From: Nemertoderma westbladi
Lineage: Eukaryota > Animalia > Xenacoelomorpha
DNA: 58,960 bases
Direction of reading: 5' to 3'
Assembly: GCA_032718475.1 (NCBI GenBank)
Contig: JAUCBJ010004680.1
Coordinates: 1-58,960 of the forward strand
Part shown: in pieces, positions 41,201 to 56,200 of the stretch
Position numbering within the stretch: the stretch's first letter is position 1
Layout of the letters: the number at the start of each line of letters is the position of its first letter
Notes under the pieces: model-generated
The model's database searches: none
Told to the model about the DNA's origin: nothing
The model's input: the letters and a program-made list of their open reading frames with translations, nothing else
Position numbers and translations under genes: made by a program

Positions 41201-44200
41201 CCATAGAGATACTCCATATACAACCCACCTGTACTTTGTCACCATAGAGATACTCCATATACAACCCACCTGTACTTTGTCACCATAGAGAGAGATACTC
41301 CATATACAACCCACCTGTACTTTGTCACCATAGAGATACTCCATATACAACCCACCTGTACTTTGTCACCATAGAGATACTCCATATACAACCCACCTGT
41401 ACTTTGTCACCATAGAGATACTCCATATACAACCCACCTGTACTTTGTCACCATAGAGAGAGATACTCCATATACAACCCACCTGTACTTTGTCACCATA
41501 GAGATACTCCATATACAACCCACCTGTACTTTGTCACCATAGAGATACTCCATATACAACCCACCTGTACTTTATCACCATAGAGATACTCCATATACAA
41601 CCCACCTGTACTTTATCACCATAGAGATACTCCATACACAACCCACCTGTACTTTGTCACCATAGAGATACTCCATATACAACCCACCTGTACTTTGTCA
41701 CCATAGAGAGAGATACTCCATATACAACCCACCTGTACTTTGTCACCATAGAGATACTCCATACACAACCCACCTGTACTTTATCACCATAGAGATACTC
41801 CATACACAACCCACCTGTACTTTGTCACCATAGAGATACTCCATATACAACCCACCTGTACTTTGTCACCATAGAGAGAGATACTCCATATACAACCCAC
41901 CTGTACTTTGTCACCATAGAGAGAGATACTCCATACACAACCCACTGTACTTTATCACCATAGAGATACTCCATACACAACCCACCTGTACTTTGTCACC
42001 ATAGAGATACTCCATATACAACCCACCTGTACTTTGTCACCATGGAGATACTCCATATACAACCCACCTGTACTTTGTCACCATAGAGATACTCCATACA
42101 CAACCCACCTGTACTTTGTCACCATAGAGATACTCCATACACAACCCACCTGTACTTTGTCACCATAGAGATACTCCATATACAACCCACCTGTACTTTG
42201 TCACCATAGAGAGAGATACTCCATATACAACCCACCTGTACTTTATCACCATAGAGATACTCCATACACAACCCACCTGTACTTTATCACCATAGAGATA
42301 CTCCATACACAACCCACCTGTACTTTGTCACCATAGAGATACTCCATATACAACCCACCTGTACTTTGTCACCATAGAGAGAGATACTCCATACACAACC
42401 CACCTGTACTTTATCACCATAGAGATACTCCATACACAACCCACCTGTACTTTATCACCATAGAGATACTCCATACACAACCCACCTGTACTTTGTCACC
42501 ATAGAGATACTCCATATACAACCCACCTGTACTTTGTCACCATAGAGAGAGATACTCCATATACAACCCACCTGTACTTTATCACCATAGAGAGAGATAC
42601 TCCATATACAACCCACCTGTACTTTATCACCATAGAGAGAGATACTCCATATACAACCCACCTGTACTTTATCACCATAGAGAGAGATACTCCATATACA
42701 ACCCACCTGTACTTTATCACCATAGAGAGAGATACTCCATACACAACCCACCTGTACTTTGTCACCATAGAGATACTCCATATACAACCCACCTGTACTT
42801 TGTCACCATAGAGAGAGATACTCCATATACAACCCACCTGTACTTTATCACCATAGAGATACTCCATATACAACCCACCCGTACTTTGTCACCATGGAGA
42901 TACTCCATATACAACCCACCTGTACTTTGTCACCATGGAGATACTCCATATACAACCCACCTGTACTTTGTCACCATGGAGATACTCCATATACAACCCA
43001 CCCGTACTTTGTCACCATGGAGATACTCCATATACAACCCACCTGTACTTTGTCACCATGGAGATACTCCATATACAACCCACCTGTACTTTATCACCAT
43101 AGAGATACTCCATATACAACCCACCTGTACTTTGTCACCATGGAGATACTCCATATACAACCCACCCGTACTTTGTCACCATGGAGATACTCCATATACA
43201 ACCCACCTGTACTTTGTCACCATGGAGATACTCCATATACAACCCACCTGTACTTTATCACCATAGAGATACTCCATATACAACCCACCCGTACTTTGTC
43301 ACCATGGAGATACTCCATATACAACCCACCTGTACTTTGTCACCATGGAGATACTCCATATACAACCCACCTGTACTTTGTCACCATGGAGATACTCCAT
43401 ATACAACCCACCCGTACTTTGTCACCATGGAGATACTCCATATACAACCCACCCGTACTTTGTCACCATGGAGATACTCCATATACAACCCACCTGTACT
43501 TTGTCACCATGGAGATACTCCATATACAACCCACCTGTACTTTGTCACCATAGAGAGAGATACTCCATATACAACCCACTGTACTTTATCACCATAGAGA
43601 TACTCCATATACAACCCACCTGTACTTTATCACCATAGAGATACTCCATACACAACCCACCTGTACTTTGTCACCATAGAGATACTCCATATACAACCCA
43701 CCTGTACTTTGTCACCATGGAGATACTCCATATACAACCCACCTGTACTTTGTCACCATAGAGATACTCCATACACAACCCACCTGTACTTTATCACCAT
43801 AGAGATACTCCATATACAACCCACTGTACTTTATCACCATAGAGATACTCCATATACAACCCACCTGTACTTTGTCACCATGGAGATACTCCATATACAA
43901 CCCACCCGTACTTTGTCACCATGGAGATACTCCATATACAACCCACCCGTACTTTGTCACCATGGAGATACTCCATATACAACCCACCTGTACTTTGTCA
44001 CCATGGAGATACTCCATATACAACCCACCTGTACTTTGTCACCATAGAGAGAGATACTCCATATACAACCCACTGTACTTTATCACGATAGAGATACTCC
44101 ATATACAACCCACCTGTACTTTATCACCATAGAGATACTCCATACACAACCCACCTGTACTTTGTCACCATAGAGATACTCCATATACAACCCACCTGTA

Positions 44201-47200
44201 CTTTGTCACCATGGAGATACTCCATATACAACCCACCTGTACTTTGTCACCATAGAGATACTCCATACACAACCCACCTGTACTTTATCACCATAGAGAT
44301 ACTCCATATACAACCCACCTGTACTTTGTCACCATGGAGATACTCCGTATACAACCCACCGTTACTTTGTCACCATAGAGATACTCCATACACAACCCAC
44401 CTGTACTTTGTCACCATGGAGATACTCCATATACAACCCACTGTACTTTGTCACCATGGAGATACTCCATATACAACCCACCTGTACTTTGTCACCATAG
44501 AGATACTCCATACACAACCCACCTGTACTTTATCACCATAGAGATACTCCATATACAACCCACCTGTACTTTGTCACCATGGAGATACTCCGTATACAAC
44601 CCACCGTTACTTTGTCACCATAGAGAGAGATACTCCATACACAACCCACCTGTACTTTGTCACCATGGAGATACTCCATATACAACCCACCTGTACTTTG
44701 TCACCATAGAGATACTCCATACACAACCCACCTGTACTTTATCACCATGGAGATACTCCATATACAACCCACCTGTACTTTGTCACCATAGAGATACTCC
44801 ATATACAACCCACCTGTACTTTGTCACCATGGAGATACTCCGTATACAACCCACCGTTACTTTGTCACCATAGAGAGAGATACTCCATACACAACCCACC
44901 TGTACTTTGTCACCATGGAGATACTCCATATACAACCCACCTGTACTTTGTCACCATAGAGATACTCCATATACAACCCACTGTACTTTGTCACCATGGA
45001 GATACTCCATACACAACCCACCTGTACTTTGTCACCATAGAGATACTCCATATACAACCCACCTGTACTTTGTCACCATGGAGATACTCCGTATACAACC
45101 CACCGTTACTTTGTCACCATAGAGAGAGATACTCCATACACAACCCACCTGTACTTTGTCACCATGGAGATACTCCATATACAACCCACCTGTACTTTGT
45201 CACCATAGAGATACTCCATACACAACCCACCTGTACTTTATCACCATGGAGATACTCCATATACAACCCACCTGTACTTTGTCACCATAGAGATACTCCA
45301 TATACAACCCACTGTACTTTGTCACCATGGAGATACTCCATACACAACCCACCTGTACTTTGTCACCATGGAGATACTCCATATACAACCCACCTGCACT
45401 TTGTCACCATAGAGATACTCCATATACAACCCACCTGTACTTTGTCACCATAGAGATACTCCATATACAACCCACCTGTACTTTGTCACCATGGAGATAC
45501 TCCATATACAACCCACCTGTACTTTGTCACCATAGAGATACTCCATATACAACCCACCTGTACTTTGTCACCATAGAGATACTCCATATACAACCCACCT
45601 GTACTTTGTCACCATGGAGATACTCCATATACAACCCACCTGTACTTTGTCACCATAGAGATACTCCATATACAACCCACCTGTACTTTGTCACCATAGA
45701 GATACTCCATATACAACCCACCTGTACTTTGTCACCATAGAGATACTCCATATACAACCCACCTGTACTTTGTCACCATGGAGATACTCCATATACAACC
45801 CACCTGTACTTTGTCACCATAGAGATACTCCATATACAACCCACCTGTACTTTGTCACCATGGAGATACTCCATACACAACCCACCTGTACTTTATCACC
45901 ATAGAGATACTCCATATACAACCCACTGTACTTTATCACCATAGAGATACTCCATACACAACCCACCTGTACTTTGTCACCATGGAGATACTCCATATAC
46001 AACCCACCTGTACTTTGTCACCATAGAGATACTCCATATACAACCCACCTGTACTTTGTCACCATAGAGATACTCCATATACAACCCACCTGTACTTTAT
46101 CACCATAGAGATACTACATATACAACCCACTGTACTTTGTCACCATAGAGATACTCCATACACAACCCACCTGTACTTTGTCACCATGGAGATACTCCAT
46201 ATACAACCCACCTGTACTTTGTCACCATAGAGAGAGATACTCCATACACAACCCACCTGTACTTTATCACCATAGAGATACTCCATACACAACCCACCTG
46301 TACTTTGTCACCATGGAGATACTCCATATACAACCCACCTGTAATTTGTCACCATAGAGATACTCCATACACAACCCACCTGTACTTTATCACCATGGAG
46401 ATACTCCATATACAACCCACTGTACTTTATCACCATAGAGATACTCCATACACAACCCACCTGTACTTTGTCACCATAGAGATACTCCATATACAACCCA
46501 CCTGTACTTTGTCACCATAGAGAGAGATACTCCATACACAACCCACCTGTACTTTATCACCATAGAGATACTCCATACACAACCCACCTGTACTTTGTCA
46601 CCATGGAGATACTCCATATACAACCCACCTGTAATTTGTCACCATAGAGATACTCCATACACAACCCACCTGTACTTTATCACCATGGAGATACTCCATA
46701 TACAACCCACTGTACTTTATCACCATAGAGATACTCCATATACAACCCACCTGTACTTTGTCACCATAGAGATACTCCATATACAACCCACCTGTACTTT
46801 GTCACCATAGAGATACTCCATATACAACCCACCTGTACTTTATCACCATAGAGATACTCCATACACAACCCACCTGTAATTTGTCACCATAGAGATACTC
46901 CATATACAACCCACCTGTACTTTATCACCATGGAGATACTCCATATACAACCCACTGTACTTTATCACCATAGAGATACTCCATATACAACCCACTGTAC
47001 TTTATCACCATAGAGATACTCCATACACAACCCACCTGTAATTTGTCACCATAGAGATACTCCATACACAACCCACCTGTACTTTATCACCATGGAGATA
47101 CTCCATATACAACCCACTGTACTTTATCACCATAGAGATACTCCATACACAACCCACCTGTACTTTGTCACCATAGAGATACTCCATATACAACCCACCT

Positions 47201-50200
47201 GTACTTTGTCACCATAGAGAGAGATACTCCATACACAACCCACCTGTACTTTATCACCATAGAGATACTCCATACACAACCCACCTGTACTTTGTCACCA
47301 TGGAGATACTCCATATACAACCCACCTGTAATTTGTCACCATAGAGATACTCCATACACAACCCACCTGTACTTTATCACCATGGAGATACTCCATATAC
47401 AACCCACTGTACTTTATCACCATAGAGATACTCCATACACAACCCACCTGTACTTTGTCACCATAGAGATACTCCATATACAACCCACCTGTACTTTGTC
47501 ACCATAGAGATACTCCATATACAACCCACCTGTACTTTATCACCATAGAGATACTCCATACACAACCCACCTGTAATTTGTCACCATAGAGATACTCCAT
47601 ACACAACCCACCTGTACTTTATCACCATGGAGATACTCCATATACAACCCACTGTACTTTATCACCATAGAGATACTCCATACACAACCCACCTGTAATT
47701 TGTCACCATAGAGATACTCCATACACAACCCACCTGTACTTTATCACCATGGAGATACTCCATATACAACCCACCTGTACTTTATCACCATAGAGATACT
47801 CCATATACAACCCACCTGTACTTTGTCACCATAGAGATACTCCATACACAACCCACCTGTACTTTGTCACCATAGAGATACTCCATACACAACCCACCTG
47901 TAATTTGTCACCATAGAGATACTCCATACACAACCCACCTGTACTTTATCACCATGGAGATACTCCATATACAACCCACCTGTACTTTATCACCATAGAG
48001 ATACTCCATACACAACCCACCTGTAATTTGTCACCATAGAGATACTCCATACACAACCCACCTGTACTTTATCACCATGGAGATACTCCATATACAACCC
48101 ACCTGTACTTTGTCACCATAGAGATACTCCATATACAACCCACCTGTACTTTATCACCATGGAGATACTCCATATACAACCCACTGTACTTTATCACCAT
48201 AGAGATACTCCATACACAACCCACCTGTACTTTGTCACCATAGAGATACTCCATACACAACCCACCTGTACTTTGTCACCATAGAGATACTCCATATACA
48301 ACCCACCTGTACTTTGTCACCATAGAGATACTCCATATACAACCCACCTGTACTTTATCACCATGGAGATACTCCATATACAACCCACTGTACTTTATCA
48401 CCATAGAGATACTCCATACACAACCCACCTGTACTTTGTCACCATAGAGATACTCCATATACAACCCACCTGTACTTTGTCACCATAGAGAGAGATACTC
48501 CATACACAACCCACCTGTACTTTATCACCATAGAGATACTCCATACACAACCCACCTGTACTTTATCACCATAGAGATACTCCATACACAACCCACCTGT
48601 ACTTTATCACCATAGAGATACTCCATACACAACCCACCTGTACTTTATCACCATAGAGATACTCCATACACAACCCACCTGTACTTTATCACCATAGAGA
48701 TACTCCATACACAACCCACCTGTACTTTGTCACCATAGAGATACTCCATATACAACCCACCTGTACTTTGTCACCATAGAGAGATACTCCATACACAACC
48801 CACCTGTACTTTATCACCATAGAGATACTCCATACACAACCCACCTGTACTTTATCACCATAGAGATACTCCATACACAACCCACCTGTACTTTATCACC
48901 ATAGAGATACTCCATACACAACCCACCTGTACTTTATCACCATAGAGATACTCCATACACAACCCACCTGTACTTTATCACCATAGAGATACTCCATACA
49001 CAACCCACCTGTACTTTATCACCATAGAGATACTCCATACACAACCCACCTGTACTTTGTCACCATAGAGATACTCCATATACAACCCACCTGTACTTTG
49101 TCACCATAGAGAGATACTCCATACACAACCCACCTGTACTTTATCACCATAGAGATACTCCATACACAACCCACCTGTACTTTGTCACCATAGAGATACT
49201 CCATATACAACCCACCTGTACTTTGTCACCATGGAGATACTCCATATACAACCCACCTGTACTTTGTCACCATAGAGATACTCCATATACAACCCACCTG
49301 TACTTTGTCACCATAGAGATACTCCATATACAACCCACCTGTACTTTGTCACCATGGAGATACTCCATATACAACCCACCTGTACTTTGTCACCATAGAG
49401 ATACTCCATATACAACCCACCTGTACTTTGTCACCATAGAGATACTCCATATACAACCCACCTGTACTTTGTCACCATAGAGATACTCCATATACAACCC
49501 ACCTGTACTTTGTCACCATGGAGATACTCCATATACAACCCACCTGTACTTTGTCACCATAGAGATACTCCATATACAACCCACCTGTACTTTGTCACCA
49601 TAGAGATACTCCATATACAACCCACCTGTACTTTGTCACCATAGAGATACTCCATATACAACCCACCTGTACTTTGTCACCATAGAGATACTCCATATAC
49701 AACCCACCTGTACTTTGTCACCATAGAGATACTCCATATACAACCCACTGTACTTTGTCACCATAGAGATACTCCATACACAACCCACCTGTACTTTGTC
49801 ACCATGGAGATACTCCATACACAACCCACCTGTACTTTATCACCATAGAGATACTCCATATACAACCCACTGTACTTTGTCACCATAGAGATACTCCATA
49901 TACAACCCACCTGTACTTTGTCACCATAGAGATACTCCATACACAACCCACCTGTACTTTATCACCATAGAGATACTCCATATACAACCCACCTGTACTT
50001 TGTCACCATAGAGATACTCCATATACAACCCACCTGTACTTTGTCACCATAGAGATACTCCATATACAACCCACCTGTACTTTGTCACCATAGAGATACT
50101 CCATATACAACCCACTGTACTTTGTCACCATAGAGATACTCCATACACAACCCACCTGTACTTTGTCACCATGGAGATACTCCATACACAACCCACCTGT

Positions 50201-53200
50201 ACTTTATCACCATAGAGATACTCCATATACAACCCACTGTACTTTGTCACCATAGAGATACTCCATATACAACCCACCTGTACTTTGTCACCATAGAGAT
50301 ACTCCATACACAACCCACCTGTACTTTGTCACCATAGAGATACTCCATATACAACCCACCTGTACTTTGTCACCATAGAGATACTCCATATACAACCCAC
50401 TGTACTTTGTCACCATAGAGATACTCCATACACAACCCACCTGTACTTTGTCACCATAGGAGATACTCCATACACAACCCACCTGTACTTTATCACCATA
50501 GAGATACTCCATATACAACCCACTGTACTTTGTCACCATAGAGATACTCCATATACAACCCACCTGTACTTTGTCACCATAGAGATACTCCATACACAAC
50601 CCACCTGTACTTTATCACCATAGAGATACTCCATATACAACCCACCTGTACTTTGTCACCATAGAGATACTCCATACACAACCCACCTGTACTTTATCAC
50701 CATAGAGATACTCCATATACAACCCACCTGTACTTTATCACCATAGAGATACTCCATATACAACCCACCTGTACTTTGTCACCATAGAGATACTCCATAT
50801 ACAACCCACTGTACTTTGTCACCATAGAGATACTCCATACACAACCCACCTGTACTTTGTCACCATGGAGATACTCCATACACAACCCACCTGTACTTTA
50901 TCACCATAGAGATACTCCATATACAACCCACCTGTACTTTGTCACCATAGAGATACTCCATATACAACCCACCTGTACTTTGTCACCATAGAGATACTCC
51001 ATACACAACCCACCTGTACTTTATCACCATAGAGATACTCCATATACAACCCACCTGTACTTTGTCACCATAGAGATACTCCATACACAACCCACCTGTA
51101 CTTTATCACCATAGAGATACTCCATATACAACCCACTGTACTTTGTCACCATAGAGATACTCCATATACAACCCACCTGTACTTTGTCACCATAGAGATA
51201 CTCCATATACAACCCACTGTACTTTGTCACCATAGAGATACTCCATATACAACCCACCTGTACTTTGTCACCATAGAGATACTCCATACACAACCCACCT
51301 GTACTTTATCACCATAGAGATACTCCATATACAACCCACCTGTACTTTGTCACCATAGAGATACTCCATACACAACCCACCTGTACTTTATCACCATAGA
51401 GATACTCCATATACAACCCACTGTACTTTGTCACCATAGAGATACTCCATATACAACCCACCTGTACTTTATCACCATAGAGATACTCCATACACAACCC
51501 ACCTGTACTTTGTCACCATAGAGATACTCCATATACAACCCACCTGTACTTTGTCACCATAGAGATACTCCATATACAACCCACTGTACTTTGTCACCAT
51601 AGAGATACTCCATATACAACCCACCTGTACTTTATCACCATAGAGATACTCCATATACAACCCACCTGTACTTTGTCACCATAGAGATACTCCATATACA
51701 ACCCACCTGTACTTTGTCACCATAGAGATACTCCATATACAACCCACCTGTACTTTGTCACCATAGAGATACTCCATATACAACCCACCTGTACTTTATC
51801 ACCATAGAGATACTCCATATACAACCCACCTGTACTTTGTCACCATAGAGATACTCCATATACAACCCACCTGTACTTTGTCACCATAGAGATACTCCAT
51901 ATACAACCCACCTGTACTTTGTCACCATAGAGATACTCCATATACAACCCACTGTACTTTGTCACCATAGAGATACTCCATATACAACCCACCTGTACTT
52001 TGTCACCATAGAGATACTCCATATACAACCCACCTGTACTTTGTCACCATAGAGATACTCCATATACAACCCACCTGTACTTTGTCACCATAGAGATACT
52101 CCATATACAACCCACCTGTACTTTGTCACCATAGAGATACTCCATATACAACCCACCTGTACTTTATCACCATAGAGATACTCCATATACAACCCACCTG
52201 TACTTTGTCACCATAGAGATACTCCATATACAACCCACCTGTACTTTGTCACCATAGAGATACTCCATATACAACCCACCTGTACTTTGTCACCATAGAG
52301 ATACTCCATATACAACCCACCTGTACTTTGTCACCATAGAGATACTCCATATACAACCCACCTGTACTTTGTCACCATAGAGATACTCCATATACAACCC
52401 ACCTGTACTTTGTCACCATAGAGATACTCCATATACAACCCACCTGTACTTTGTCACCATAGAGATACTCCATATACAACCCACCTGTACTTTGTCACCA
52501 TAGAGATACTCCATACACAACCCACCTGTACTTTATCACCATAGAGATACTCCATATACAACCCACCTGTACTTTGTCACCATAGAGATACTCCATACAC
52601 AACCCACCTGTACTTTATCACCATAGAGATACTCCATATACAACCCACCTGTACTTTGTCACCATAGAGATACTCCATATACAACCCACCTGTACTTTGT
52701 CACCATAGAGATACTCCATATACAACCCACTGTACTTTGTCACCATAGAGATACTCCATATACAACCCACCTGTACTTTGTCACCATAGAGATACTCCAT
52801 ACACAACCCACCTGTACTTTATCACCATAGAGATACTCCATATACAACCCACCTGTACTTTGTCACCATAGAGATACTCCATACACAACCCACCTGTACT
52901 TTATCACCATAGAGATACTCCATATACAACCCACTGTACTTTGTCACCATAGAGATACTCCATATACAACCCACCTGTACTTTATCACCATAGAGATACT
53001 CCATACACAACCCACCTGTACTTTGTCACCATAGAGATACTCCATATACAACCCACCTGTACTTTGTCACCATAGAGATACTCCATATACAACCCACTGT
53101 ACTTTGTCACCATAGAGATACTCCATATACAACCCACCTGTACTTTATCACCATAGAGATACTCCATATACAACCCACCTGTACTTTGTCACCATAGAGA

Positions 53201-56200
53201 TACTCCATATACAACCCACCTGTACTTTGTCACCATAGAGATACTCCATATACAACCCACCTGTACTTTGTCACCATAGAGATACTCCATATACAACCCA
53301 CCTGTACTTTGTCACCATAGAGATACTCCATATACAACCCACCTGTACTTTATCACCATAGAGATACTCCATATACAACCCACTGTACTTTATCACCATA
53401 GAGATACTCCATACACAACCCACCTGTACTTTGTCACCATAGAGATACTCCATATACAACCCACCTGTACTTTATCACCATAGAGATACTCCATATACAA
53501 CCCACTGTACTTTGTCACCATAGAGATACTCCATATACAACCCACCTGTACTTTGTCACCATGGAGATACTCCATATACAACCCACCTGTACTTTGTCAC
53601 CATAGAGATACTCCATATACAACCCACTGTACTTTATCACCATAGAGATACTCCATACACAACCCACCTGTACTTTGTCACCATGGAGATACTCCATATA
53701 CAACCCACCTGTACTTTGTCACCATAGAGATACTCCATATACAACCCACTGTACTTTATCACCATAGAGATACTCCATACACAACCCACCTGTACTTTGT
53801 CACCATAGAGATACTCCATATACAACCCACCTGTACTTTGTCACCATAGAGATACTCCATATACAACCCACCTGTACTTTATCACCATAGAGATACTCCA
53901 TATACAACCCACTGTACTTTGTCACCATAGAGATACTCCATATACAACCCACCTGTACTTTGTCACCATGGAGATACTCCATATACAACCCACCTGTACT
54001 TTGTCACCATAGAGATACTCCATATACAACCCACTGTACTTTGTCACCATGGAGATACTCCATATACAACCCACCTGTACTTTGTCACCATAGAGATACT
54101 CCATATACAACCCACTGTACTTTATCACCATAGAGATACTCCATACACAACCCACCTGTACTTTGTCACCATAGAGATACTCCATATACAACCCACCTGT
54201 ACTTTATCACCATAGAGATACTCCATATACAACCCACTGTACTTTGTCACCATAGAGATACTCCATATACAACCCACCTGTACTTTGTCACCATGGAGAT
54301 ACTCCATATACAACCCACCTGTACTTTGTCACCATAGAGATACTCCATATACAACCCACTGTACTTTATCACCATAGAGATACTCCATACACAACCCACC
54401 TGTACTTTATCACCATGGAGATACTCCATATACAACCCACCTGTACTTTGTCACCATAGAGAGATACTCCATACACAACCCACCTGTACTTTATCACCAT
54501 AGAGAGAGATACTCCATATACAACCCACCTGTACTTTGTCACCATAGAGATACTCCATATACAACCCACCTGTACTTTATCACCATAGAGATACTCCATA
54601 TACAACCCACTGTACTTTGTCACCATAGAGATACTCCATATACAACCCACCTGTACTTTGTCACCATAGAGATACTCCATATACAACCCACTGTACTTTA
54701 TCACCATAGAGATACTCCATACACAACCCACCTGTACTTTGTCACCATGGAGATACTCCATACACAACCCACCTGTACTTTGTCACCATAGAGATACTCC
54801 ATATACAACCCACCTGTACTTTGTCACCATAGAGATACTCCATATACAACCCACTGTACTTTGTCACCATAGAGATACTCCATATACAACCCACCTGTAC
54901 TTTGTCACCATAGAGATACTCCATATACAACCCACCTGTACTTTGTCACCATAGAGATACTCCATATACAACCCACTGTACTTTATCACCATAGAGATAC
55001 TCCATATACAACCCACCTGTACTTTGTCACCATAGAGATACTCCATATACAACCCACTGTACTTTATCACCATAGAGATACTCCATATACAACCCACCTG
55101 TACTTTGTCACCATAGGAGATACTCCATATACAACCCACTGTACTTTATCACCATAGAGATACTCCATACACAACCCACCTGTACTTTGTCACCATAGAG
55201 AGATACTCCATATACAACCCACTGTACTTTATCACCATAGAGATACTCCATACACAACCCACCTGTACTTTGTCACCATAGAGATACTCCATATACAACC
55301 CACCTGTACTTTGTCACCATAGAGAGAGATACTCCATATACAACCCACTGTACTTTATCACCATAGAGATACTCCATATACAACCCACCTGTACTTTGTC
55401 ACCATAGAGAGATACTCCATACACAACCCACCTGTACTTTGTCACCATAGAGATACTCCATATACAACCCACCTGTACTTTGTCACCATAGAGAGATACT
55501 CCATATACAACCCACTGTACTTTGTCACCATAGAGATACTCCATATACAACCCACCTGTACTTTGTCACCATAGAGATACTCCATATACAACCCACTGTA
55601 CTTTGTCACCATAGAGATACTCCATATACAACCCACCTGTACTTTGTCACCATAGAGAGAGATACTCCATATACAACCCACCTGTACTTTGTCACCATAG
55701 AGATACTCCATATACAACCCACTGTACTTTGTCACCATAGAGATACTCCATATACAACCCACTGTACTTTATCACCATAGAGATACTCCATATACAACCC
55801 ACCTGTACTTTGTCACCATAGAGATACTCCATATACAACCCACCTGTACTTTGTCACCATAGAGATACTCCATACACAACCCACTGTACTTTATCACCAT
55901 AGAGATACTCCATACACAACCCACCTGTACTTTGTCACCATAGAGATACTCCATACACAACCCACCTGTACTTTGTCACCATAGAGAGAGATACTCCATA
56001 TACAACCCACCTGTACTTTGTCACCATAGAGATACTCCATATACAACCCACCTGTACTTTGTCACCATAGAGATACTCCATATACAACCCACCTGTACTT
56101 TGTCACCATAGAGATACTCCATATACAACCCACCTGTACTTTGTCACCATAGAGATACTCCATACACAACCCACCTGTACTTTGTCACCATAGAGAGATA